Assembly: GCA_964474835.1 (NCBI GenBank)
Contig: CAYYUA010000002.1
Coordinates: 24,490-88,489, forward strand
Direction of reading: 5' to 3'
DNA from: an uncultured Sphingobacteriales bacterium
GTDB lineage: Bacteria; Bacteroidota; Bacteroidia; CAILMK01; CAYYUA01
Length of the DNA: 64,000 bases
Below, one piece after another: positions 28,957 through 38,096 of this stretch. The notes below the pieces were generated by a model. It searched no databases and was not told where the DNA came from. It saw only the letters and a list, made by a program, of their open reading frames with translations. Numbering within the stretch: the first letter of the stretch is position 1; every line of letters begins with the position of its first letter. A program made the position numbers and the translations under genes.

Positions 28957-30396
28957 TTATTCGTTTACCGGCTCGCCAATCAAAGTAGCGCTTGTGTAAT
29001 CATTAACTTGTACGGTAACGTACTGACCCGGCTCGAATCCCTGGTCATCAAATACGATCATACGGTTGTGGGTGTTCCGCCCCTTGCACTGCTGGTTTGA
29101 CTTTTTGGCTTTGCCCAGTACCAATACCTGAAACTGCTTGCCGACCTGCCTAGCATTGTTCTCCAGTGAGTGCTGTTGCTGGCGCTGAATGACTTCCTGT
29201 AGCCTTGCCTTTTTGGTAGCCAGGGGTACATCATCGCTCATCTTCTTGGAAGCAGGCGTATTGGGCCGCTCTGAGTAGTAGAACATGAACGACATATCGA
29301 AGCGGACCTCATCCATCAGTCTAAGAGTTTCCTGATGTTCTTCCGCTGTCTCGCCACAAAAGCCCGTCATAATGTCCGAAGAAAGGCCGATATCAGGTAT
29401 GATGCGCTTCATCATCCGGATTTTATCCAGATACCACTCGTGGCTGTGGTTGCGGTTCATGCGGTACAGAACATCCGTACTGCCGGACTGGGCCGGAAAA
29501 TGGATGTAGTTACAGATGTTCGGATACCGGGCCATGGTATGGACCACTTTTTCTGTGATATCCTTAGGGTGAGAGGTCGAAAACCAGATCCGCATATCCG
29601 GGTCCAGCTCTGCTACCATCGCCAGCAGATCGGCAAAATCCACCTGCTCTCCATTTTCCCATCGGTATGAATCCACATTCTGGCCTAACAGCGTCACTTC
29701 CCGGTAGCCTTTTGTCAGCAGGGACCGGGCTTCCTCCACAACGGTGTAAGGATTCCGGCTGCGCTCACGCCCCCTTGTAAAGGGAACAATGCAAAAGGAG
29801 CACATATTGTCACAACCGCGCATGATGGAGATAAAAGCAGAAACCCCATTCCCGTCCAGGCGGACCGGACTGACATCAGCGTAGGTTTCCTCTCTCGATA
29901 AAAAGACATTAACAGCCTTCTCGCCCTCCTCAGCTTGCCGGACTAACTTTGGCAGATCCCGGTAAGCATCCGGCCCTACTACCAGGTCTACCATCTGCTC
30001 TTCCTCGAGCAGCTTCTTCTTCAGGCGCTCAGCCATACAGCCCAGAACGCCAATCAGCAGGCCCGGCTTCTCCTTTTTATAGCTGTTGAAAAGCGAGAGC
30101 CGCTTCCGCACACGCTGTTCTGCATTATCGCGGATAGCGCAAGTATTGATAAGGATAAGGTCTGCACTTTCCACTGCCTGAGTGGACTCAAAACCAGCTT
30201 CCAGCAGGATAGAGGCTACGATCTCGCTATCAGAGAAATTCATCTGACAGCCGTAGCTCTCTAAATAAAATTTAGGTTTATCAATATCGCTGGTATCTGT
30301 TGCCTGGTAAGCTTCACCTTGCCGCTCATTCTGCAGAACGTTACCGCTTAAAGTTTCCATAAGGTTGTGCTCAGTAGTTATCTGCCGTTCTGTCAC
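28957..30396 (-). CDS. miaB: tRNA-i6A37 methylthiotransferase MiaB
   Basis: UPF0004 N-domain (FYLESYGCQMN), radical-SAM CDNMCSFCIVP and a C-terminal TRAM domain. The track uses a GTG start at 30396; the ATG at 30360 (METLSG...) is also possible. Confidence 0.93.
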   Translation of the reverse strand: MTERQITTEHNLMETLSGNVLQNERQGEAYQATDTSDIDKPKFYLESYGCQMNFSDSEIVASILLEAGFESTQAVESADLILINTCAIRDNAEQRVRKRLSLFNSYKKEKPGLLIGVLGCMAERLKKKLLEEEQMVDLVVGPDAYRDLPKLVRQAEEGEKAVNVFLSREETYADVSPVRLDGNGVSAFISIMRGCDNMCSFCIVPFTRGRERSRNPYTVVEEARSLLTKGYREVTLLGQNVDSYRWENGEQVDFADLLAMVAELDPDMRIWFSTSHPKDITEKVVHTMARYPNICNYIHFPAQSGSTDVLYRMNRNHSHEWYLDKIRMMKRIIPDIGLSSDIMTGFCGETAEEHQETLRLMDEVRFDMSFMFYYSERPNTPASKKMSDDVPLATKKARLQEVIQRQQQHSLENNARQVGKQFQVLVLGKAKKSNQQCKGRNTHNRMIVFDDQGFEPGQYVTVQVNDYTSATLIGEPVNE

Positions 30397-30541
30397 AAAA
30401 ATAAAAAAATATCAGCTGGAGGCCCTGTTTGCCGGTGCCTGTTTCTCCCTGAGCCTGAGAGCGTTAGCAACACTTGAGGTGCCTTAATTTTAGCTGCTGA
30501 GGACAAACAGCGATAAGGGAAACGCTTACGTACCATGACAT

Positions 30542-30574
30542 TTTGAGTTGCAAAAAGTACTTCTCTTATATTTG
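30542..30574 (+). promoter_or_regulatory. Candidate Bacteroidota-type promoter (TTTG-N21-TATATTTG) for the Na+/alanine symporter gene
   Basis: TTTG at 30542-30545 and TATATTTG at 30567-30574, 27 nt before the ATG at 30601. This matches the -33/-7 consensus known for Bacteroidota sigma-A. Confidence 0.5.
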
Positions 30575-30600
30575 ATCCTTTGAGCTAAAATGCTGATGGG

Positions 30601-32307
30601 ATGAAAAAATGTTTCCTGATTGGATTTCCTTTTCTACTCCTTTTTTTGAGTTGTAACACCCTTCTGGCAGATCAGGCAAGCAATAAGCAAGATACCCTCA
30701 CCATTGATCAGCAAATCAACCAGACAGTGGGACCGGTTGCTGATGCTATTTCTAACGTCATTTTTTATCCGATCCCGATCAAAGCTCCGGTCACTGCCGC
30801 TTTTGACGGGCAGATCAAAACAATAGACCGCGAAGAAAGCCAGTTTGTAAGGGTAAGGGTCGCTAACGGAAGCGGCCGGGACTCGACTTACCAGATACCC
30901 GCCTCACGGCAGATTGACCTGGCGAAGGGGCAGTCCGTTGGAAAAGCTGAAGCGCTCTCTGATCCATTAGTAGCTGTTCCCTTTGTGGTAGTCTGGCTTA
31001 TCATAGGGGGGCTGGTCTTTACCATTGGGTTTAAGTTCCTCAATGTCCGCAAGTTCAAGTTTGCCATTGACATTGTCCGTGGCAAGTATTCCGATCCCAA
31101 TGAAAGCGGAGAGGTTTCGCACTTTCAGGCATTAACAGCTGCCCTTTCGGCTACCGTAGGTCTGGGAAACATTGCTGGTGTTGCGATCGCTATCTCCATT
31201 GGCGGGCCCGGTGCGATTGTATGGATGATCCTGGCTGGGCTGTTGGGCATGTCCATGAAGTTTGTTGAATGTACGCTAGGGGTGCGTTACCGGCAGATCG
31301 ATGAGCGCGGTACGGTATATGGCGGCCCGATGTACTACCTGAGCCAGGGCCTGAAAGAGAAGGGCTACACAGGATTAGGAAAGGCGCTGGCTGTGCTGTT
31401 CGCTATTACAGCCATTGGAGCTTCTTTCGGCGGTGGAAACATGTTTCAGGTGAATCAGGCTTACTCTCAGTTCCAGACCAACTTAGCGCCTGACTTTCCC
31501 GGATGGATATTCGGGCTGATCATGGCTATTCTGATCGGTATCGTGATCATAGGAGGTATTAAGAGCATAGCGCGGGTTACGGAAAAAGTAGTCCCGCTGA
31601 TGACGGGCATTTACTTCACAGCTGGTATCATCATCTTGGTTGTCAGCTATCAGCAGATTCCCGATGCGCTTGTCGCCATCTACAATGGCGCCTTTAGTTC
31701 AAAAGCGGTTTACGGTGGCTTTGTGGGAGTGCTGATCATAGGATTTCAGCGGGCTGCCTTTTCCAATGAAGCTGGTATTGGCTCAGCCCCGATCGCCCAC
31801 TCGGCCGTCAAAACCAACAACCCGGCCAGTGAGGGGCTTGTTGGCTTGTTGGAGCCTTTTATCGACACCATCATCGTCTGCTCTATGACAGCGCTGGTGA
31901 TCATTGTTACCGATAACTACCAGTTCCAGCAGGATGTGGAGGGCGTAACGCTAACCTCTCAGGCTTTTGCCAGTATTTTTCCCTGGTTCGATCTAGTCCT
32001 TACGGTCGCTGTTATCTTCTTCGCTTTTTCCACTATGATATCCTGGTCCTATTACGGGCAGCAGGCCTGGGCGTACTTATTCGGGAAAGGGCGTTTGGCA
32101 GACCTTATTTACAAGGCGTTGTTCTGTGTTTTTGTGGTTATCGGGGCTGCACTCTCTCTTGGTAAGGTTTTTACCTTCTCAGATGCCATGATCTTTGCCA
32201 TGTGTTTTCCGAATGTTCTGGGATTGTACATCCTGGCACCGGAGGCCAATAAATTGCTTAAAGGATATGTGCAAAAAATCCAATCCGGCGAAATCCAAAA
32301 GCGATAG
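30601..32307 (+). CDS. Sodium:alanine (AGCS family) symporter with an N-terminal extension
   Basis: 568 aa. From ~residue 120 onward it reads as an AGCS core (SHFQALTAALSATVGLGNIAGVA, FSNEAGIGSAPIAHSA). The N-terminal ~120 aa carry a signal/lipobox-like sequence (LLFLSC) plus an extra soluble segment. Confidence 0.9.
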   Translation: MKKCFLIGFPFLLLFLSCNTLLADQASNKQDTLTIDQQINQTVGPVADAISNVIFYPIPIKAPVTAAFDGQIKTIDREESQFVRVRVANGSGRDSTYQIPASRQIDLAKGQSVGKAEALSDPLVAVPFVVVWLIIGGLVFTIGFKFLNVRKFKFAIDIVRGKYSDPNESGEVSHFQALTAALSATVGLGNIAGVAIAISIGGPGAIVWMILAGLLGMSMKFVECTLGVRYRQIDERGTVYGGPMYYLSQGLKEKGYTGLGKALAVLFAITAIGASFGGGNMFQVNQAYSQFQTNLAPDFPGWIFGLIMAILIGIVIIGGIKSIARVTEKVVPLMTGIYFTAGIIILVVSYQQIPDALVAIYNGAFSSKAVYGGFVGVLIIGFQRAAFSNEAGIGSAPIAHSAVKTNNPASEGLVGLLEPFIDTIIVCSMTALVIIVTDNYQFQQDVEGVTLTSQAFASIFPWFDLVLTVAVIFFAFSTMISWSYYGQQAWAYLFGKGRLADLIYKALFCVFVVIGAALSLGKVFTFSDAMIFAMCFPNVLGLYILAPEANKLLKGYVQKIQSGEIQKR

Positions 32308-32389
32308 GTAAAGCACTAAGGGTATTTTTTGATATAAATAGCCGGAACTTATCGCTGCTTTTAATTGGTTTTTTGCGTAAAAAACCATT

Positions 32390-33349
32390 ATGCCGTGGCT
32401 CAGGAACTACTTTCAGCTTTCTACCGGCGAGACATACGGCTTTTGGTGCCTCATTGCCCTGATAACCCTACTTTTAGGGGTCAATCAGTTGCTTCAGCAT
32501 GAAGCCCGGCTCAGGTACAAGGAGCAGAGCCCGGCTTTTAAACGAAAAGTAGAGCAATTCCTGGCTCAGCAAAGGCAGAAGAAATCCACGAAAACCCCGC
32601 GCACAGCAACTAGCGCTGAAGAAAAGCAACCGGTTTACTTCCCCTTTGATCCCAACTCCGTTTCAGTTCAGGAGCTGGAGAAACTGGGAGTGCGGAGTAA
32701 GTTAGCGCATACCATCATTAATTATCGTGATGCTGGCGGGCAGTTTCATCAAAAATCGGATCTGAAGGCAATTTACGGCATGACGGACTCCACTTACCAG
32801 CGGTTAAAGCCTTACGTAAGGCTACCTGATCAGGAGCGTAATGCCGGTAAGGCGGATACTTCAGCTACCCGTCAGGCCCAGCTTGCCTCAGCTTCGGATA
32901 CCAGCTATGCCGAAGACAGCCGGGGTGAGTCCCGCGAGGCTATGCCCAAAGTTGCGCCGCTGGCTATTAACCAGGCTGATAGTGCGGCGCTAACCCAGTT
33001 ACACGGCATAGGCGACTTTTTTGCCAGTGAGATTGTGGATCGCCGGCACCGCCTGGGCGGCTTTACCAGGTATAAGCAGCTTTTGGCGATCTACAACTTT
33101 GACAGCGCTAAGCTTGAGCAGGTAAAGCCACAACTCACCCTCGATTCCAACAGTATTGATCAGCTATCCCTGAACCAGGACAGCTTTGAAGCTTTCCTAA
33201 GGCACCCCTACCTGGATTATCCCCAGGTTAAGGCGATTTTCAACTATACTGACCGGGTAGACACAGTGCAATCCGTAAGCGCGCTCAGGGAAGAGCAGAT
33301 AATCGGGCAGGAAGCCTTTGAAGAGATAAGCCCGTACTTAAAACCTTAG
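32390..33349 (+). CDS. ComEA-like helix-hairpin-helix DNA-binding protein
   Basis: 319 aa with an N-terminal TM helix and two HhH-type regions (SVQELEKLGVRSKLAHTIINYR and LTQLHGIGDFFASEIVDRR). Confidence 0.7.
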   Translation: MPWLRNYFQLSTGETYGFWCLIALITLLLGVNQLLQHEARLRYKEQSPAFKRKVEQFLAQQRQKKSTKTPRTATSAEEKQPVYFPFDPNSVSVQELEKLGVRSKLAHTIINYRDAGGQFHQKSDLKAIYGMTDSTYQRLKPYVRLPDQERNAGKADTSATRQAQLASASDTSYAEDSRGESREAMPKVAPLAINQADSAALTQLHGIGDFFASEIVDRRHRLGGFTRYKQLLAIYNFDSAKLEQVKPQLTLDSNSIDQLSLNQDSFEAFLRHPYLDYPQVKAIFNYTDRVDTVQSVSALREEQIIGQEAFEEISPYLKP

Positions 33350-33463
33350 CCATTGAGCGCATAACCTTAAAGACCCTTGTCTGTTGATGGGGTTGGGAAA
33401 AAACAAGACTTTTGCAGTACCGTCATTGAGCGGAAACCTATTTGAACTTAAAAATGAAAAGGT

Positions 33464-34603
33464 ATGAGCGTTGCGTCTATAGAAAACCAGGAGATGATAG
33501 CCGAAATGGTGCATGATCTTGCTAACCGTGAGATCAAGCCTAACATCATGGAATGGGATGAGCACCAGATACTGCCTGTTGACCTGTTCAAAAAAATGGG
33601 TGAGCTGGGCCTGATGGGTGTACTGGTGCCCGAGGAGTACGGTGGCTCAGGCTTCGGCTATCCCGAATATGTGACCGCCATCAAAGAGCTTGGCAAGTTC
33701 GATGGGAGTATAGCGCTGTCCATGGCGGCTCATAACTCTCTGGCCACGGGCCATATCCTGCAGTTCGGCTCGGAAGCGCAAAAGCACCGCTTCCTGCCCA
33801 GCCTGGCAAGCTGTGAGTCACTGGGGGCCTGGGGGCTGTCAGAGCCCAACACGGGATCGGACGCAGCTGCTATGGAGACAACTGCTACATGGGATGGCAA
33901 CGAATGGGTGATCAACGGTGCTAAGAACTGGACAACCCATGGTAAATCAGGGGATGTTATTGTCGTCCTGGCTCGTACCGGCGAAAAGCATGAAAAAGAG
34001 AACGCCACGGCCTTCATTGTGGAAAAAGGCACTCCTGGCTTTGAGCCCGGCCGCAAGGAGAATAAGCTGGGCATGCGCGCCTCAGAAACAACTGAGCTGC
34101 TCTTTGATAACTGCCGAATCCCGGATGAAAACCGCATCGGAGATGTAGGGGATGGATTTCACCAGGCTATGAAAGTGCTGGATGGTGGCCGGATTTCCAT
34201 TGCAGCCTTATCCCTGGGTATCGGCTATGGAGCTTATGAAGAAGCCAAACAGTACGCCCAGGAGCGAAGCCAGTTCGGTCATGCTATAGCTGATTTCCAG
34301 GCCATTGCCTTCAAGCTGGCCGACATGGCGCTGGAGCTGGAAGCCTCGGAACTGATGACCATGAAGGCGGCACGGCAAAAGGATGCAGGCGAGCGCACTA
34401 CACAGATCTCATCCATGGCTAAGTACTATGCCTCAGAAGCAGCTGTTAAAATTGCCACAGAGGCCATCCAGATTTTCGGGGGCTACGGCTACACTAAGGA
34501 TTATCCTGTGGAAAAGCACTACCGGGATGTTAAGCTCTGTACAATAGGGGAAGGCACAACTGAAATCCAGAAAACGGTCATTTCAAGGGAGTTGATCAAG
34601 TAG
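33464..34603 (+). CDS. Acyl-CoA dehydrogenase (short/medium-chain type)
   Basis: 379 aa with GLSEPNTGSDAA, the WTTHG region and a C-terminal IGEGTTEIQKTVISRELIK. Confidence 0.93.
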   Translation: MSVASIENQEMIAEMVHDLANREIKPNIMEWDEHQILPVDLFKKMGELGLMGVLVPEEYGGSGFGYPEYVTAIKELGKFDGSIALSMAAHNSLATGHILQFGSEAQKHRFLPSLASCESLGAWGLSEPNTGSDAAAMETTATWDGNEWVINGAKNWTTHGKSGDVIVVLARTGEKHEKENATAFIVEKGTPGFEPGRKENKLGMRASETTELLFDNCRIPDENRIGDVGDGFHQAMKVLDGGRISIAALSLGIGYGAYEEAKQYAQERSQFGHAIADFQAIAFKLADMALELEASELMTMKAARQKDAGERTTQISSMAKYYASEAAVKIATEAIQIFGGYGYTKDYPVEKHYRDVKLCTIGEGTTEIQKTVISRELIK

Positions 34604-34674
34604 AAAGGCTACGGCAACGATTGCAGCTTACTGGTAGTCTCTCTGAAGTGCCTCTGAAAGCGAACGGGAATAGT

Positions 34675-34682
34675 TACATTTG
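34675..34682 (+). promoter_or_regulatory. Candidate -7 box (TACATTTG) upstream of rpsU
   Basis: Matches TAnnTTTG 27 nt before the rpsU ATG. No clear -33 TTTG is present. Confidence 0.35.
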
Positions 34683-34708
34683 TTCAGTAATTCTTTAAAA
34701 TCAAAATT

Positions 34709-34900
34709 ATGATTAAGGTAAGTGTAAAGGAAAACGAGTCCATCGATAAAGCCTTAAAGCGCTTTAAGAAGAAATTAGAACGCAGCGGCAAGCTGCGGGA
34801 GTACCGTAGCCGTCAGTTCTACGATAAGCCCTCTGAAGAGCGGCGGGTTGAGCTAGCCCGTGCCCAGCACAAGGAGAAGATTCAGCAGAACTTAAAATAG
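34709..34900 (+). CDS. rpsU: 30S ribosomal protein bS21
   Basis: 63 aa reading MIKVSVKENESIDKALKRFKKKLERSGKLREYRSRQFYDKPSE... Confidence 0.96.
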   Translation: MIKVSVKENESIDKALKRFKKKLERSGKLREYRSRQFYDKPSEERRVELARAQHKEKIQQNLK

Positions 34901-34905
34901 CATGA

Positions 34906-35781
34906 ATGCTGTCCCGCTTCGCACAATGGCTTTCTGCCGAAAAGCAGCTATTGCCCCACACAGTTGATGCTTACAAGCGTGATCTGGAGCAGTTTCATGC
35001 TTATCTGCACGAGCAGTACGGGATAAGCGAGCCTCACCAGATCACCAAAGCCATTGTGCGGTCATGGTTTGTCAGCCTCAATGAAGAGGGCTTTCAGCCT
35101 GTGACCCTGCACCGCAAAAGAGCGGCCCTGAGTAGCTACTACTGGTTTCTGGCACAAGTGGGATATTACATTGCTGTTAATCCAGCCGATGTGGAGCTAC
35201 CAAAGCCACAGAAGCGCATCACCCACGTAGCAAAACAATCCTCTGTCCTGGCATTATTGGATGACCACTTCCCGGATACGAGAAAGGGCCATCGCGACTA
35301 TACCATTCTTGAAATCCTTTATGGGACCGGTCTTCGCCGGGGCGAACTGATCAACCTTACCATTCAGGATTGCCAGGGTGATAACCTCAAGGTGAGGGGT
35401 AAAGGGCAGAAAGACCGTTTTATTCCTCTGAACCCAACGCTGCGTGAATGGCTTCCCACGTATATGAGCCTGGAGCGGTCGTACAGGCCTCTCGATGAGC
35501 ACAGCCACCTGCTAGTTACGGACAAGGGTAAGCCACTGTATCCCATGTACGTGCAGCGGGCTGTCAAGCAGGCGCTGCAACGATATACCACGCTGAAGCA
35601 AAACAGTCCGCACCAGCTCAGGCATGCTTTCGCCACACACCTTCTGGAACAAGGCGCTGACCTGAACGCCATCAAGGCGCTGCTTGGCCATGAGCAATTA
35701 TCAGCTACAGCTCATTATATTCATTCTTCTATTAAGCACTTGAAAGCAGTCTATCAACAGGCCCATCCAAAAGCTGAGTAA
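34906..35781 (+). CDS. Tyrosine site-specific recombinase, XerC/XerD family
   Basis: 291 aa with an N-terminal SAM-like core-binding domain. The catalytic residues sit in GLRRGEL (R), HQLRHAFATHLL (HxxR) and LLGHEQLSATAHYIH (H...Y). Confidence 0.9.
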   Translation: MLSRFAQWLSAEKQLLPHTVDAYKRDLEQFHAYLHEQYGISEPHQITKAIVRSWFVSLNEEGFQPVTLHRKRAALSSYYWFLAQVGYYIAVNPADVELPKPQKRITHVAKQSSVLALLDDHFPDTRKGHRDYTILEILYGTGLRRGELINLTIQDCQGDNLKVRGKGQKDRFIPLNPTLREWLPTYMSLERSYRPLDEHSHLLVTDKGKPLYPMYVQRAVKQALQRYTTLKQNSPHQLRHAFATHLLEQGADLNAIKALLGHEQLSATAHYIHSSIKHLKAVYQQAHPKAE

Positions 35782-35784
35782 GGT

Positions 35785-36084
35785 ATGAAAGTAGACATTC
35801 AAACGCCCGACAATGTAACCCTGACTGAGCACCTGGAACAGGTGATTCATCAGAAGGTAGAAAAACTGGAACAGATCTATCAGAATATAATGGACTGTAC
35901 CGTGTACCTGCACGACAATGGCAACGGCCAGAACGATAAGGAGGTAGAGATCAAAGTAACAGTGAAAGACAATACCCTTTTTGCACAGGAAAAGGAAAAC
36001 TCTTTCGAGAAAGCTCTGGATTTAACGGTAGAGGCCGCCCGCAAACAGGTTCAGAAATACAAGGAAAAGAAGCAGGCTAAATAG
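35785..36084 (+). CDS. hpf: Ribosome hibernation factor, short HPF/RaiA type
   Basis: 99 aa with the S30AE/sigma-54-modulation fold pattern (VDIQTPDNVTLTEHLEQVIHQKVEKLEQIY...). Confidence 0.85.
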   Translation: MKVDIQTPDNVTLTEHLEQVIHQKVEKLEQIYQNIMDCTVYLHDNGNGQNDKEVEIKVTVKDNTLFAQEKENSFEKALDLTVEAARKQVQKYKEKKQAK

Positions 36085-36165
36085 TTTTTTTAAATTCTGT
36101 CGGAATTTCTATTTTTGCAAATCCTCTTGCAAAGGGAGGTATGAGATCTTTATTGACGCATTCCT

Positions 36166-36239
36166 GCCGATGTAGCTCAGGGGCCTAGAGCAACTGATTT
36201 GTAATCAGTAGGTCGGGGGTTCAAATCCCTCCATCGGCT
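36166..36239 (+). tRNA. tRNA-Thr (anticodon TGT)
   Basis: Hand-folded cloverleaf with acceptor GCCGATG/CATCGGC, anticodon arm ACTGA-TTTGTAA-TCAGT and a GGTTCAAATCC T-arm. Confidence 0.93.
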
Positions 36240-36254
36240 CGGAAGGCACATAAA

Positions 36255-36337
36255 GGGGGGTTACCAAAGCGGTCAACTGGGGCAGACTGTAAATCTGCTG
36301 GCGTTTGCCTTCGTAGGTTCGAATCCTGCACCCCCCA
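36255..36337 (+). tRNA. tRNA-Tyr (anticodon GTA)
   Basis: Acceptor GGGGGGT/ACCCCCC, anticodon loop CTGTAAA, a long variable arm and an 83-nt length typical of bacterial tRNA-Tyr. Confidence 0.92.
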
Positions 36338-36347
36338 CTTGGTTGCC

Positions 36348-36422
36348 GCGGGAGTAGCTCAGTTGGCCTAGAGCATCAGCCTTCCAAGCTGAGGGTCGCG
36401 GGTTCGAGTCCCGTCTCCCGCT
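36348..36422 (+). tRNA. tRNA-Gly (anticodon TCC)
   Basis: Acceptor GCGGGAG/CTCCCGC, anticodon arm TCAGC-CTTCCAA-GCTGA and a GGTTCGAGTCC T-arm. Confidence 0.93.
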
Positions 36423-36430
36423 CAAAAGAA

Positions 36431-36502
<72 letters not shown>

Positions 36503-36583
36503 CTTTTTTAGTACCTGTTTAAGTAAGGCAACACAGTTGCTGATTATATTATGGATCTGTAAAAACTCGAAGGCTTAAAAGTT

Positions 36584-37771
36584 ATGGCAAAAGAAAAGTT
36601 TGACCGCAGCAAACCCCACCTCAACATTGGGACGATCGGTCACGTGGACCACGGTAAGACGACCCTGACAGCTGCAATGACCAATTACCTGGCTAATGCC
36701 GGATTGGCTGACACCCGGTCATTTGAATCAATTGACATCGCTCCGGAAGAAAAGGAACGCGGTATTACCATTAATACAGCACACGTAGAATACCAGACCG
36801 AAAACCGGCACTACGCTCACGTGGACTGTCCCGGTCACGCTGACTATGTTAAGAACATGGTTACCGGAGCTGCTCAGATGGATGGTGCCATTCTGGTTGT
36901 GGCAGCCACTGACGGCCCTATGCCTCAGACCCGGGAGCACCTGTTGCTCGCCCGTCAGGTAGGTGTACCTGAAATCGTTACCTACCTTAACAAGGTAGAC
37001 ATGGTTGATGACTCTGAGCTTATCGATCTTGTGGAAATGGAAGTCCGGGAGCTGCTTAGTTTCTACGAATTCGATGGCGACAATGCCGCTATTGTCAAGG
37101 GATCCGCACTCGGTGCTCTGAATGGGGAAGATCAATGGGTCAATTCGATTAAGGAGCTGATCGAAGCCATTGACAATTACATCCCCTTACCACCACGCGA
37201 CAAGGATCAGGACTTCCTGATGCCGATCGAGGATATCTTCTCTATTACCGGTCGCGGTACTGTTGCAACCGGCCGTGTGGAAAAAGGAGTTGTTAATACA
37301 AACGACAAGGTTGAGATTGTCGGCATGGGTGAAAAGCCCCTGGAATCCACTGTTACCGGTGTTGAGATGTTCCGCAAAATCCTTGACGAAGGGGAAGCTG
37401 GCGATAACGTAGGCCTTCTGCTTCGCGGTATTGAAAAGGATCAGGTTAAGCGGGGCATGGTTGTGGCTGCTCCGAAGTCCATCACTCCTCACACCAGGTT
37501 TAAGGGCGAGGTCTACATCCTAAAGAAAGATGAAGGTGGACGCCATACGCCATTCTTCAAGAATTACAGGCCTCAGTTCTACCTCCGCACAACTGACGTT
37601 ACCGGTACTATCCAGCTACCGGAAGGTGTTGAGATGGTAATGCCTGGCGATAATGTAACCATTGAGGTAGAGCTGATCTACCCGGTCGCCTTGAATAAAG
37701 GTCTCCGGTTTGCAGTCCGTGAAGGAGGCAAGACGGTAGGTGCCGGTCAGGTAACTGAGATCCTCGACTAG
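36584..37771 (+). CDS. tuf: Elongation factor Tu
   Basis: 395 aa with [18 protein letters not shown] and NKVD GTPase motifs. It is full length. Confidence 0.99.
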   Translation: MAKEKFDRSKPHLNIGTIGHVDHGKTTLTAAMTNYLANAGLADTRSFESIDIAPEEKERGITINTAHVEYQTENRHYAHVDCPGHADYVKNMVTGAAQMDGAILVVAATDGPMPQTREHLLLARQVGVPEIVTYLNKVDMVDDSELIDLVEMEVRELLSFYEFDGDNAAIVKGSALGALNGEDQWVNSIKELIEAIDNYIPLPPRDKDQDFLMPIEDIFSITGRGTVATGRVEKGVVNTNDKVEIVGMGEKPLESTVTGVEMFRKILDEGEAGDNVGLLLRGIEKDQVKRGMVVAAPKSITPHTRFKGEVYILKKDEGGRHTPFFKNYRPQFYLRTTDVTGTIQLPEGVEMVMPGDNVTIEVELIYPVALNKGLRFAVREGGKTVGAGQVTEILD

Positions 37772-37799
37772 CCTCGATTAATGTTCAATATTTCCGGAC

Positions 37800-37872
37800 A
37801 CGGGCGTAGCTCAATTGGGAGAGCAACGGTCTCCAAAACCGTAGGTTGGGGGTTCGAGCCCCTCCGCCCGTG
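37800..37872 (+). tRNA. tRNA-Trp (anticodon CCA)
   Basis: Acceptor ACGGGCG/CGCCCGT, anticodon arm ACGGT-CTCCAAA-ACCGT and a GGTTCGAGCC T-arm. Confidence 0.92.
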
Positions 37873-37886
37873 CTAATTTGCTTCTT

Positions 37887-38084
37887 ATGTTCAGTCGAAT
37901 CCGTAGTAGTCTGAAATCAGCTACTGACGAGCTCCTTTACAAAGTAACATGGCCAACGTGGGAAGAGCTGCAAAGCAGTGCTGTTGTGGTACTGATTGCT
38001 TCCCTTATCATTGCGCTGATAGTATTTTTAATGGATTCGGCCTTCCAGAACGCATTCGAAGTTTTCTATTCAATATTTGAATGA
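37887..38084 (+). CDS. secE: Preprotein translocase subunit SecE
   Basis: ~65 aa with ELLYKVTWPTWEEL followed by a single TM helix, immediately upstream of nusG. The track ORF begins at TTG 37878; I prefer ATG 37887. Confidence 0.9.
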   Translation: MFSRIRSSLKSATDELLYKVTWPTWEELQSSAVVVLIASLIIALIVFLMDSAFQNAFEVFYSIFE

Positions 38085-38096
38085 TGCCCAGTCTGT

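Noticed and set aside
30397-30600. Possible glycine riboswitch or other structured leader upstream of the Na+/alanine (AGCS) symporter, a gene class often under glycine-riboswitch control. The region also has a CCTGTTT direct repeat (~30433-30451) and AGCGTT/AACGCT long-range complementarity.
   Set aside because: No GGAGAG...CACCGAAGGGGCAA-type cores are present on the + strand. The only vaguely similar string (GGAGAAACAGGCACCGGCAAACAGG) is on the minus strand, facing miaB. The TTTG-N21-TATATTTG promoter at 30542-30574 leaves only a ~20-nt 5' UTR, which is too short for an aptamer.
32367-32386. GGTTTTTT-gcgt-AAAAAACC hairpin after the AGCS gene, as a possible terminator.
   Set aside because: The stem is almost entirely A-U and has no trailing U-tract. 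It ends 3 nt before the next ATG, so it is at best a weak structure and I do not call it a terminator.
34906-35781. Tyrosine recombinase next to a tRNA cluster as a marker of an integrated mobile element or genomic island.
   Set aside because: All five tRNAs are intact, and I saw no duplicated tRNA 3' fragment or direct repeat. The recombinase is flanked at 3-5 nt by core genes (rpsU, hpf), and no cargo genes are present.
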